Shown piece after piece: positions 1 through 12,865 of a stretch of 64,000 nt of DNA; within the stretch, counting starts at the first letter, position 1; each line of letters starts with the position of its first letter. The position numbers and the translations under genes are program-made. Source of the DNA: Macrostomum hystrix (Eukaryota; Animalia; Platyhelminthes); the NCBI GenBank assembly GCA_950097015.1, contig CATNEN010000031.1, positions 1,922,001-1,986,000 of the forward strand, given 5' to 3'. The notes beneath the pieces are model-generated. The model ran no database searches, had not been told where the DNA came from, and worked only from the letters and a program-made list of their open reading frames with translations.

Positions 1-1057
1 GCCCGGCTTTCCTGTCTGTTTCCATCAGTCAACCGCTGTGAGTTTCATATTTCATTCGCCCATACTTTCGCAGCGAGCAGTCCAGGCCGGCCGGCTAGTT
101 CAATCTACCGTTGCCAGGTGGCGCCAGGCCGGGTGGCCTATGTGAAAACCTGCAGTCGAGTGGCCGGTCTCAACCTACTGAGCAGCACGCATAGCATTGT
201 TGGGTGAGTCTGTCGTGTTCTGTATACTTATTTTGTTCTCGCTGATAGAAATATTCAGAATAATTAGCTTCGCAGCATAAGTATAGAGCCGCTTAATCAC
301 AATTTTAAAAGTACAAGTAGGCTCTTTCTCTAAAATTTCGGTGTCTTTGAGGCACCCCTATTCTCTTAAATGATCTATCAGCGGTTCTCTGGCTCTTATC
401 TGGTCCATAAGACGGACCTAAATTTCGTGACTGAGATGCTCGGAGATTGCAATAAAGCCACTCAAATATTCTGTACGACCTTTTAGCGAATGCGGCGGTG
501 GTACGTCACCTGACCAGACAGCATCTCAGCAACAGCAGCAGCAGCCGTGGTGTCAAGTTCCGCCACCAAAGCCAGTTAGTCACACAGTCAGCAGTGACTC
601 TGTACTGCTGGACCTTCTAGGCAACGGCGGCCCGCCGCTGACGCACCAGCTAAGCAACGGTGGCAAGCGGTACGCTGTCGACTCCTTAAACGGCGGCGAC
701 ATCAGCAACGGCGAGGCCACGCCGCCAAAGATAATCGGCACGCCTCCGTCACTGCCGAGGCGAAACGGCAACGGTGCCGGCGTTGGCGGCGGAGGCTTCG
801 CCGCCCAGATGAAGGAGCTGCCGGTGCCGCCGAATGTTCGACTGACGGTCGGCCCGCCGGAGCTGCCGCAGGACGTTGTAGACACCATTCTGGCTTTAGA
901 GGATCAGCGAGCGGCCAGACAGTTTAATAGTCGCTCCAACGCGGCCGTCTCCTCGCCGGAGCTCCAACTACCAGAGGACGAAGCGACTCCGGTGTCTGTG
1001 CGCGACGCGTCCAGTCGTGTGTCCAGCGGCCTGCTCGAAAAGCTGCTCAGCGCGTGA
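1..1057 (+). CDS. 3' part of an unidentified spliced gene; exons <1-37, 74-203, 487-1057 (stop TGA)
   Basis: Donors GTGAGT at 38 and 204, acceptors TTTCGCAG|74 and TTTTAG|487. Phases join into one open frame: ARLSCLFPSVNRSSSPGRPASSIYRCQVAPG...ECGGGTSPDQTASQQQQQQ...QMKELPVPPNVRLTVGPPELPQDVVDTILALEDQ...LLSA*. Low-complexity protein, no domain recognised. Confidence 0.75.
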
Positions 1058-1384
1058 AGGGTCTACTGCTTTGTCATAAATCTAGCCGGACAGCCGATTT
1101 TCATGCCCCATCCTTTCAGTCCCATGCCCTACCAGGCATACGCTCGCACATTGCGGCTGCTTCTTGTAATCATCATTTTTATTCGTTACTTTTTATTTCC
1201 TTAGCTTCTGCGCGCTTCAAATTGGCACCAGACAAATAAGATTTGCCCAGGCCATCTGGATGATTTAGTTTACACTTGTATGCATCCCATTACTGGCAGT
1301 AGTTGTTGTAGGGCACGTAAGTTTATTATACAATTACATGGTTAAATATTTGTGTCTTAGGCCTGGAAAGTCTATCTCTATTGT

Positions 1385-1394
1385 AATAAATAAA
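1385..1394 (+). promoter_or_regulatory. Candidate polyadenylation signal (overlapping AATAAA x2) for the + strand gene ending at 1057
   Basis: AATAAATAAA about 330 nt after the stop codon, in AT-rich sequence. Confidence 0.4.
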
Positions 1395-2734
1395 CTTAAT
1401 AGACTCAAGATGGACTCTCCGTGCTTGCTCTTGCGTGCTTTCCGTGCTTGCTCTTGTTCCTTTTAAATATCATCGACTCATTTTTCTTCACTTGCTAAGA
1501 AGCAGCCGTCAGTAAAAGGCTTATCGCAGTCTTGGGCATTGGTGTTTTTATTTGAACTTTATCATTTTACTATTTTTCACTATTCAAATGATGTTTTGAT
1601 TGAGCTGACTGCTTGCGTATATTGTTGAATAATATTTAACTATCTTTCGGACTCCAGCTATTTTGTTGACTAGTGTTTTCTATTGTTTGTGTTTTAGCTT
1701 TTAATAAATCTAGTTGCATATACATCATACCTAACAGTTGTCATTCAACCGCTAGCACGCGCACAACTTGCTCATCTACCATATCCCAGTATGGCTTATA
1801 TGTATATTTTCTTGATTTTGTAGTCCTATATTTATTTACACCCTCGGTCTCTCGTCCCTTGCGTGTGACCCAGGCTAAACCCAGGCAGAAATGTTAACTC
1901 TTGCATCATATGCTCACACCTTCATACCCACCTTCCTCTCTCCGGAGAACCGGTTCAAGAGTTCCTAGAAGCTGAATCAGAACACCGCCTGGTGTTGTTC
2001 GTTTTTTTCTACTCATCGGCAGGTGTATTTTTTCTGCGCTGTTAAGTCTTCATTTTGCTGTTGTTTCGGTTGGATTCAGTTTTCTCAATTGATATTCGAT
2101 GTACGGTTGCTCCCTGTCTGTCAAGCGACTTACCTCAGGTGGTCTCGCGTGTGTGTGTGATGCCTCTAGACGGACTGAACTTCTCCGACGTATGGATTGT
2201 CTGTTATGTTGCTGTCTCTTACATCCTTCAGTCTGCTCTGGAATTGATTGCTTCTTGTCTTGTCTGTCTTGACTATTTGCTTGTTTTTGTATTGCTTCAA
2301 AGCTGCGGCTGATTTTAACAGGCAACTTTAGAACTAATTATTATTACTGATATATTTTTACATACAAAGAAGAGCTTGTTTGCCTTTTGTGTTGCTGCAG
2401 TCTACGTAGTGTTCTCTTGGATGCTCTCTTGAAGAGCACATCAAATACATCATCAACACTCTTAAAGCTATAAATGTATGACTACTGTTCTCTTTCTGTC
2501 TGTCTGAATGGCACCAATTGGGGCGCTATCGAGCTAAACTCGTTCTGACTTATTTCATCAATTCATAGAATATTATATAGTAACCAAAAATAGATATAAT
2601 TGTTTCACTGCTCCCATAGAGCGGTATAAGCGAATGCAAACATCAACAGGGTGTGTGTAATTGCTAACTATAAGCATCGGAGAAATGCCGTTTTAGTGGC
2701 AAAAAACTGCAGACTATGCACCTGGACTTAGTTA

Positions 2735-4106
2735 TTATTCCTGGATTTGTTTGTCAAGAAACTCGTCCACAGCCGGGCTGAACTGCGGCCGGACCGGCCG
2801 GCCCTTGTACTTCTTGCGCAGCTTCTGCTGCATGCCAACCTCCATTTTGTAACGATTGGGCAACTGGGGCCGTTGGATGTCCAACAGGGGCGGCTCGATC
2901 ACCAGCTCCTGCGCGTGCGGCAGGCTGGTCCCGGCAGCGTATTCGCCGAACGGATCCTCCGGCAGGGCGCGGTCGCCGCAGTACAGACTGTAGTCGTAGA
3001 ACCGGAACGGCACAGGGGCGTCCAGATAGCCGGCGTCGAACGCCTTTTCAACCTCCAGCTGCAGAGTGGTGTACTGATGCTTGCACACCTGCACCCGGCC
3101 AATGTCCATTAGTAGGCCGGACTGCGGATCCAAGAACTGAACTAGAAGGCCGCTGTGCCGATAGTCCAACACCAGGTACTCGTCTCTTGGATTTAGAGGA
3201 CGGAAATTGGATTTATTTATTTATTTTTTATTAGACAAGCTTTTTGCATCAAGGCGCATTCATGCCCTTTCTCGATCACCACGACGTTTGAGAAGTATGT
3301 ACTTTCCTTTTAAATGTACATAAAATCTTCATTAGCATTAATAAAAATTGCAGAACGTCAGCCTAAAGAAACTTACGTCTTTCATTTGTTCCTAGTTTGT
3401 ACAGTATCATTGAGAACATGAGTATATGAGACAAAAGATGAAGGATTTCGATTAATATAATTTAAGTTATTTATACACGTTACACCGTTGAATTCACTAA
3501 AAGCTTAATCTTCGATAGAAGCAGCGATTCGGTGTGCGTCTCTAGCAGGAAGCGGCGAAAGCGGACCAAGGAGGTATTGCTTCACTGCGCGAACCTTTGG
3601 ATGCTTCCTTACAATTTTCTTGCAAAGTCGGCTGCTTCTGGCCAAAATTTACACCGAAGAAGCAGTCCAAATTTTTTACAGGGTACACAAGTTCCCTACT
3701 TAAATTCACAAGCATCTCACCTGCACAGCGGACATGGGTTGGCCCTGATATAGACGCCCTCGCTATTGAAGCATCGGTTTCGCGGTTTGGAGGCTTCAAA
3801 TGAGCCGCGCAGATTGCGCCGATAGTAGAACCAGACTGGCCGGTCGCCGTAAACCTCCTTGTAAGCGGCACTGGCCATGTAGCGCAAGCTCTCGTCCAAT
3901 GTTCTGGGCGTGTATTGCGCGTACTTCACCGGCGGATTGCGCGAGCCCAGCCGCTTTTGATTACCGCTACCTGTGGCTCCATCGCTGGATTGTGTGCACA
4001 GCGGCGCAGCCAATGCAGCTAACTGATGCCGGCCCCAGCCAAGTAGGCTGCTGCCACTGCTGCCAGCGGACTGCGGCACTGGCAGTACACGTCTAATCAA
4101 GGACCA
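2735..4106 (-). CDS. MRPS18B: Mitochondrial ribosomal protein S18b (mS40); exons 4106-3721 and 3185-2735; first exon/start codon not located
   Basis: Spliced translation ...ESLRYMASAAYKEVYGDRPVWFYYRRNLRG...RANPCPLCR|DEYLVLDYRHSGLLVQFLDPQSGLLMDIGRVQVCKHQYTTLQLEVEKAFDAGYL matches the mS40 pattern as I recall it (Y..RPVW..YRRN..G; NPCPICRD; D..N..LL.QF; GVC.KQ...L...I.KA...G.L). Canonical sites: TTTTCTGCAG|4106, AG|GTGAGA at 3720, TCCAAG|3185, phase 2 join. Confidence 0.93.
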
Positions 4107-5224
4107 CTGCAGAAAAGAAAATTAAAATGCTAGCTACAGAAAACTACCTATATAATTACAGAAGCTGCAATAATTAGGCTTTTTGCATGAAATTGATCAA
4201 TATATTAACTCTAGAAGCAGCTATTTTAGCTTAGCTATTGATGATTCTAACCTGTTGATGGGCTTGCTGAAGTTTACTAGCATTGCAATGTCATGATTTC
4301 CATCAAAAAGAAGAAACTTATTGTACAATAACAACCTACAACAATTTAGGCCTTTCATTTAAATATTGTGTCTCCATTATTACTGATGGCCCATAGACTT
4401 AATGGATTTAATATTAGGCTCTGTATGACTTTATATGTTTAAATCCCAACTAATGCCACCAAAGTTGTCCTAGGGTTAATTACTATTCAAACTATATATT
4501 CATAATGGCACTAAAGTAGTTGCAATTCTAATTTTTATATCATACTTCTGACATCAAAGTTGTTACAGAGGTATTTTGATATAATGTCTGAGTTCAATAT
4601 TTTCCTATAATAGGGCTCTGAGATTGTATTTCAGATATTTAAAATAATTTCTTGGTAGCATATTTAGTTAGACTAGGTAGTGCATTTAGTTATTCTGGCC
4701 AATTTTATTATATTTATGTATTTCTGAGTATAGGCTTGCCAAAGACCATTACCAAAGCACTTTTAAGTATAAGCAATGCTTTATATTTCTCTCCCTTGAA
4801 TTATCTTAGTATTCCTCTTGATATGTTTTATAAAGAATGAGAGAACACAACTGAGTATAGTATTCAAACTTGGTATAAAACCCCAAGGTAAGGCTTACTT
4901 TGTTTTTGGTCCTATATTTATACAAAAAGTTAAAGATTAAAAACAAATAATTTCCATTCCATTTCCATTTCCATTAAAACAAATATTTTATATACAAAAA
5001 CAAATTTTCTGCATTTAAACAAATGTTATGGCATAAACAAAATTGTGAATGGTAAATTTCTTAGATTTCTTGCTGTACAATGATCATGTCCAGATTTGAA
5101 AATAATAACTCTTATATTTAAAAGTCAATAAGACTGTGGCTCTAGATACTCTGCTGTCTGAATAGCCAATACATCAAATGTCAAGCAATGCAAGAGAATT
5201 GTCCACTTTGTACGTTGCAAGTTT

Positions 5225-6388
5225 GGAAACAGCACGACACACTTCTATGTGATGAATGCAATTGATGGGTGCATCGAAAGTGTCTTCCTAAATATCTAAA
5301 ACTTGGAGTCAACATACATTATATTCTATACTGTACATGTAAATCTTTAATCTCTGTATACTCACTCCTTCATGATTCCTCTTCACTAGCTGAACATGCC
5401 ATATCTAAGGAAAACAGTGAACTTCAGGAACAAGAGGAATTTCAGTGGTCCTGCCCTGGTTGCCAGCACGCTGACATTCCTGATGACTTTGCTACATCAC
5501 CACCACCTGACTCTACCGGGCCACCAGCCATCGTCCCTGAACTGCTTGAAGACATCACCCCACCACCAACACCTGACTTTGCCAGGCCACTGGCTGTCAT
5601 CCCTGTACTGCTGGCAGCTGACTTTGCCATGCCACTGGCTGTCATCCCTGCACTGTTGGCAGCTGACTTTGCTAGGGCACAGCCGCACACCTACCAAGTG
5701 CTAGAAAGAAGCTCTGAGCATAAGAAGGCAGTGCTAGTTGTCGATAGCCACTTCACATTTGTCATTTTGTAAAAGCAAGGATCTAACACATACAGGCGCT
5801 GCACAGTCAAAAGAAGCTAACTGTACATGCTGTGCCACTGTTAGACAGACAGGCCAGAGCTTTGAAAACGGGCCTGTTGACCAGTCACCCTCCAAAGTAC
5901 CAACTGGAGCAATGGTTCCAGTTGAGAAAGACTGTAAAAGAGCGCAAACTAATGTTGCTGCTGTTTCTTCCACACGAAGAAATTAACCAGCAGTTTTTTG
6001 GCTAAGACTGTTAGTACAGCTAGAGCCCCTCCAAATTTTGTATGACTATGTGCAAGCAACCTGGATATACAGCATGATCTGGAGCATGGGGGAGCTTAGC
6101 GTTTTCCAGAAGGACTTACAAATGACACCAAAGGCTGGCACAAGAAGGTAAATGCCAGAGCACAGAGAGGCTGTCTTCCATCGAGCTTCTGTTATGATTG
6201 CTGCATGAGGAGGCCCAGCTAGTTGCAATTGAATTGCGGCTTGTTGCTTAAGGTACCCAGCGATGACGACAAAGGGTAAATTATTGCCAGCAGGACCTGC
6301 AGTACCAGCACTATTGGGCTTATATCTCTCTGGAGAGCAGACTGCAGAAAATTTGTTAGAATCGTGCAGCCTGCTAAATGGCCTATGA
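5225..6388 (+). mobile_element. Decayed Mutator-like (MULE) DNA transposon relic: PHD finger, FLYWCH finger, transposase C-terminus; catalytic core missing
   Basis: Hand translation across stops and frameshifts: LCDECN*WVHRKC...FQWSCPGCQ (PHD, ~5225-5470); YQVLERSS...VDSHFTFV...TYRRCTVKR/CCATVRQTGQSFENGP (FLYWCH-like, ~5690-5890); TNDTKGWHKKVNARAQRGCLP/ELLL*LLHEEAQLVAIELRLV/LYLSGEQTAENLLESCSLLNGL* (resembles the TNNxxEGWH...LLHxEA tail of invertebrate MULE transposases). No TIRs found. Confidence 0.7.
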
Positions 6389-8655
6389 GTTTTTAATCTA
6401 TATGTTGAGCATACATATTTTAACTGCTTTTTACAGTATAGTACTCATTACATACATATGGTATGTAAGCTCTCAATGAGGTTCTTGATGTTTATATGTG
6501 CAAATACACAAATAATAATATAAAATACGCAAACAAAAACTAATAAATTTTCAAGAATTAGTCACTGATACAAGTCATGTCAAATTAAACTCTTGATCAA
6601 AATAATTTCTGGCAGAACCCTATTCGCTATTGCCGAATTAACTGTCACCAAACTGACTTGTCACCAATTTGGTTGTAGCCTAATTGGACTGTCACTAAAT
6701 TAATTAGCTAGCAAGCAAAAATGATTAAACAGATCTTAAAAGCCCTTGGTCTGATGATCAAACAATATTGAGAAAGAACACTCTAAAGAAAGGCCTAAGG
6801 CTAGATTCTTTGGCAACCTATCAAATCTAAGAGTCAAACCAATGACACCTTTAAAAGAGTCAGCACTGACAATGACCTAACCAAGAGGCAGCAAGAGCAT
6901 AGGAAGCTAGTCTAGCTAGTATTCATATTAGCTAGGCCTAGTACTACTAGTATTACTAGTACTATTACTAGCTAGACTATCTGGTAATGTATGTTAATAT
7001 ATTGTATACTTTCTTGTTTTCCTGTGTCTTGTGTTTTACAAAAAATTATTCTGTAGACCCTTTCAGATACATATGGAGATACAGGAAATAGATTTAGCTT
7101 TTTCATTTATCATATATCAATAAATCACACAGAAAATATTAGTATTAGCACACTGCTTTAGTTCTGCGCTTCGGAATTCGAAATACACTGACCATATTAT
7201 ATTTTTTCTTTAATAAACTATTTTCAGCATTTCTTCGTGATTTCTACGCAATTCCCCCGTACGATCAATAATTTATTTATTTATTTGTTAATATACAAAA
7301 GTTAAAATAACTTCATTAGTAGTTCTAATATGGTAAGAATATATGAGATATGACCTTAAAGATACATACTGTTCATTTTCAACAGTTCTACTTCGAACTA
7401 CACGTTCAAGAACAAAATTTGTGCGAATTTGCGAAAATTCGTATTTGCGAAAAGAAATTTAAATAGGGTGCGATGATTATAAAAATTTAACGGCATTAGA
7501 CTGTGCAACGAGTGTTAATTGAAATTTCTGACTAGTTTAGTTTGCTTATACAGACATACACATCGCCCAATATTGGCAAACCAGGCTTCTTGTCTGAGCC
7601 GAATCTGCTACTACTACAAATATTAAAATCCGAACTAGCAAGTCGTTTATCTTTTTTATTGTTTATTACAATTATCCTTGCATTGCTGCACTTTATAGCT
7701 GCTTTTCGTATGCTACTCTTAGTTCCTTTTCCATTTTTGCATTTGAAACTAATTTTGCGAAAATAGATTAAGAAACTCTGTATATTTAAAATATATGAAA
7801 AGTATAATGAGTTTTCTGCAGTTTTGCTGTAAAGGTAAATTCTCTTCTATTTTTAATATAATTAAACTTTTAATTTGGTTGTGAAAATTTCATTCAACAT
7901 AAACTTCTAATATAGATAAACCGGTTATCTGCAGATAGCGGTCTTTGCAAATCAAACTTGTTCATATGTACGTCAAATACACTGTACGCTGTATGATGTT
8001 CGCCTGTCAGCACAAATATATGTAATTAGCCCTCAAGTAATCAATGCGCTCAAGTGTAGTTCGAGTACATAGTACAAACGTATACACAGTGTACGCAATG
8101 AAATCCCTGCAGGGCAGATAATATTAGTGTCTACATTCCAAGCTGAAATAGCGAATTTAAAAAAATCGGTTTGAGCCAAGCCTCGACGAATTAGTGCATG
8201 GTCTTTGACACAAGGGACCACTGTAACTTAGTAGTATACTACAGTAGTCCTTGCTTTGACAAAGTCACAACATGATTAAGCCGGTTTCACAATGATGATA
8301 TAAGGGGGGTTGCTGCACTATGTCCAGGTGGATTAGAATGAAATTAACAAACCGCAAAACATTCGGTTCGACCCTGACGTCCTAGTTACAATATTACTTG
8401 AATTTTTTGTCGAGAAAATAAAACTGGCTTATATATATGCACTGCATACTTACGAGTTACACGTAAGCTGTAAAAAATGTACATGTATGTGCAGATAATA
8501 CTAGTTTATTATAAATTAAAGCAATTTAACAAGGCAAAGCTATCGATTTAGAAATTTACACGATAACTTGATAAGAAGCTAAAGAACATGGCGAATTAAA
8601 TCTGTACTGAATGACTTCCAGAGGGTAGTAATTAGCAGGAAAACACATCAAATAA

Positions 8656-9177
8656 TTAGAAAGCGCTCCTCTCGCTGGATACTATGACCCGGTCCATGCT
8701 GTTTGTGTACAGCATGTCCAGCTCATCCGGGGTCAGCGGTGTGCTCTGCAGTTCCAGCTCCCAGGCAATGAGATCTGCGACGTCGCCAGTCAGTCGTATC
8801 GGCTGAAAAAAAGTAGATCGACAATTAGAATTCAAGTTACGTAGTTACGTTTGAAAGAAAAAAATATTATTTTTTTTGTTACGAGTAATTGTTATAGAAT
8901 TGAATCTTCATTTGAAAAGAAACATGTGTGATGTGTTTTTACGAGTTTTGCAAACAGCTGAAACTAATGCCAATTTGCATTCACCTTGACTCTGGATGTC
9001 TCACCGCCGGACTTTTGAGCACCGCTGTATTGTTGAAAGCGCTTCGTGATGGCCTCTTTCTTAGAAATTGCGTATGCAATCGTGGAGTCCAGCTCTTCGT
9101 CTTCATCCTGGCCTGTGTTTGGCGCCTCCTTGTTGTAGACCAGTTCAAACAGGGAGGAGTCGATCATTGCGCTGGAC
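8656..9177 (-). CDS. Last two coding exons (9177-8985, 8802-8656) of an unidentified gene
   Basis: Acceptors TTCCTGCAG|9177 and TTTTTTTCAG|8802, donor AAG|GTGAAT at 8984, phase 0 join. Reads SSAMIDSSLFELVYNKEAPNTGQDEDEELDSTIAYAISKKEAITKRFQQYSGAQKSGGETSRVK|PIRLTGDVADLIAWELELQSTPLTPDELDMLYTNSMDRVIVSSERSAF*. GC-rich islands in AT-rich flanks. Confidence 0.78.
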
Positions 9178-11170
9178 CTGCAGGAATAAAATAAGTAGAA
9201 ATATTAATTAAAGGAATGGATTCTACAACAACGACAACTACTATACTAATATTATATACTACTAATCTGCAGCCTTGGCTGCCAATGAACGATCATTTTA
9301 TCTGACTTCCTTAACACTAAGATACACCACGGGGTTATTTCAAATACTAACGTTTTTATTATTTTCTGTATATCCTCAACTATTCAACCAATCGCTATGA
9401 AATTCAAGACCGTTGGGTATAATTTCCGACAACACAAGTTCAAGAATCACAAAACATCGGCATCGTCCAGATATTCAACGATTCGGGGGTCTGGGTCGGG
9501 GTGTCTGGTGGCAAAAAACACAAACATATAATAGACATAACTTTTCTGCTCACAAAAATTAATAATGTATTCATGTCGGCTATTATAAATTAGTGACTAT
9601 TGCATTGATTATATTGTTGATTTTTTTTAATTAAACCAATATGGATTCGTCATACATTTGCGGTTTTGTCATCAGGGTCTTCGACAGGAATCGCAACGAT
9701 GCTGACGTTGGAAAGCTGGCTTTCAAAGCTAGTTCATCGTAGCGGAAAATTTTGATCCATATGGTGGACTTTCACGAATCTAGGTCATTCGGTTTTCGGA
9801 GCTATCGTGAAATAACGTGATCTTTCTATACTCTTAATATATACTTATTGATTTAGCTCGATTAGGTATGTATGATCAAGTATGTGTTTCAGAATGTGAT
9901 TTAATAAAAAGGATTTAAAATTTCTTAGGCTGCTCATAAAAAGGACACTTACTCCGAACGCGGCCGAACCGCCGTGAGACGAACCTGCTTTCTACTCATG
10001 CGCTTTGAGTTTCAATTCTTCAGAGAATTCTCTTAGATTTCAGATTTTATATCTCGCAGAGAATAATGTTCTATATAGAGTTCTCAGTTTAACCTCAGAA
10101 GCCAGAAGCCACACTCGATTCTATTTATATAGAATCTGCGGACGAGAATCGGTAAGATCGAGCTTGAATTGCGTGCTTGGCCTGAATTTTTCAAACCTGT
10201 AGCCCTAATCTGTAACCCAACCAGTTGCAGCTAGCCAGCCGCTAATAATATGCGCTCTCTTATTTACCTGATTCGTGAGCACCTGTTGGTTATCTGAGAC
10301 ACTGTGCAATGTTCTTCTATGCCCCGAGCTCGAAGTCTAATGCCGAATATTTAAAAGTCGGATGCAACACACGAGCCCTCTCTCTGGGCCGACCATAACA
10401 TAGTTTTAGCTAAATAAAAATGCAACTGACTACTTATTAGTAGCGCTCGCTTGATTGCAGGTTCGCAATAAAAAAATCGTTTCATTATGTCGTTTAGAAC
10501 ATAAAAAGTGCATCCCTTGGCTGTCTGGACAGCAATCGGAGCCTAAAACACTCGAGTAGAGAGTGCATGAGCTGATTGTCAGAGCAACAACGAGGTAAAA
10601 GTGGACAAGAAGCCCGTCAGGTGAGAAGTAGGACAGAAAGACAAGAGGCTAATTTTCTGGATTGTGTATGTTCTGCTCAGCCTGCCCAGTACTCGAGTGC
10701 ATCAAGAAGGCAAACTTCCAAGATGAGACGGACGCTCTCGACGTCCTTCACAGAGACCCTCACGATGCGAGCCGAGTGAATGACACGCCTGGTCTGACAC
10801 CCGGATCCTGTGAGCATTCTCAACTATATCTCGCATTTGAACTGCCGGTATGGGAGTGTGGAGATTTCATTCTGCAACCAAAACTTTGGCCCACTTCATG
10901 GGACAAGATTTCAGATCGAGGTGGCTCAGATGACAAAGGTGGTTAAGTATTTATGGAGTTCTTTTCCCAGCCGAAGCACGAAAGCCATGTCAGAAGCGCG
11001 TTCTTTTAGAAATTTCATCCGTGCAAACTCCAAGGACTAGTAGTCCTTGGCAAACTCTTCAGTTGACTATTTAGCTAAGCTCCACAGATACGCTAGAAGG
11101 CTAAGCAAATCATTAATATGGACTTCTCAGATTCCTTTGCACGCTCTGACTCTTGTTTTCTGCGAATTTG

Positions 11171-11766
11171 GAATCTCAGTCACACACCCCGAATCTCATT
11201 CACACACCCTGAATCTCATTCACACACCCTGAATCTCATTCACACACCCTGAATCTCATTCACACACCCTGAATCTCATTCACACACCCTGAATCTCATT
11301 CACACACCCTGAATCTCAGTCACACACCCTGAATCTCAATCACACACCCCGAATCTCATACACACACCCTGAATCTCATTCACACACCCCGAATCTCAGT
11401 CACACACCCCGAATCTCAATCACACACCCTGAATCTCAATCACACAACCTGAATCTCATTCACACACCCCGAATCTCAGTCACACAACCTGAATCTCAGT
11501 CACACACCCTGAATCTCAATCACACACCCCGAATCTCATTCACACACCCTGAATCTCAGTCACACACCCCGAATCTCATTCACACACCCTGAATCTCAAT
11601 CACACACCCTGAATCTCATTCACACACCCCGAATCTCATTCACACACCCTGAATCTCATTCACACACCCTGAATCTCATTCACACAACCTGAATCTCAAT
11701 CACACACCCTGAATCTCAATTACACACCCCGAATCTCATTCAGACACCCTGAATCTCATTCACACA
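11171..11766. repeat. Minisatellite, 20-bp unit GAATCTCATTCACACACCCT, ~30 copies
   Basis: Direct tandem periodicity visible in the sequence. Confidence 0.97.
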
Positions 11767-12865
11767 ATTACTTAGCACCCGAAGTAGTTGAAAATGCACA
11801 CAATAGCTTAGAATCCTTTCTCTCCCTTCTGGGAAAAAATCACGTGATTTTTACGGCTTTTTTGCATGCCTTCTTTTTTCATCCGATATTTTTCGAGTTG
11901 GGGCTTTTATCCCTTACCGCCCCGTTTTGGAATTTGTTGCGCAACAGCGTGAAATCCCGGGCTGCTGGCAGATAAGGACCTGCCGGGGGAACGCATCGAT
12001 CCCCGGATGCGGAAAATCCCAGGCTGAAATGAGGGATAAGACCTTCTCAAAAGGGGAAGTGAGAGCAGAGCGTGTGTCGGTGAGGGAGCCAGTTTTCCCC
12101 ATCGATGAGCGATGATGACTTTCTCTATATTGATAGTCAAGTCAGCAACACCGGCGCCTCTAGTGTTATAACTTGGCCGAAAATAATTATTCAACCTGAA
12201 TGCTTGGAGGCGCTGGAGAGGAAAAATATATCGAAATGATAAAATATGAAAAATAGCGACCCAAATAAAGATTTTGGATTAAATTCTGCGAGGAAGAATC
12301 CGGTGAGAGGATTATAATCTCCCGGGCTAGTTGCGCCTAGGGCCGGAATTAATTTGCCAGCCTCGATTTTGAATAGGAGAATAATTCCGATTGATTATCG
12401 GCCGGGCCTTTATCCGGCTCCTTTTTATCAGACGCACTGCAGGCCTCCAAAAGAGTGGCAGAAAAGTCCCCAGAACTGTTGTTGGCAGATGGCCGAAATA
12501 TTTTTTGGCATTTCAAAAAACCGGGCCCTTGGCGCCGGCTGTCCTGTATGTGTCGCGGGAGCTTTATAGCCCCGTAAATAATTAGGCAGCAGCAGCAGCA
12601 GCAGCAGCAGCCGCTGCAGGGTGGGGTGCCAAGTTGCAAAGATTGCATTGGAGATGAGGCTGTAAAAAAACTTATTGATTGCTCCCCGCGTCTCGTTCTC
12701 TGCATCCTTGGTCGTTTCGGCCTTTATCACCGCGGTGCACAGGAACCACGCGCGGTGGCCAAAGTGCGCAAGCTTTAGCACAGCTTCAGATAAGCACCAT
12801 CAGTTGCGTGTCTGTTCTCAGTTCAGACAGCTAAGAAGTGTCACCTGCTCGTTAAGCCTTGTTTA

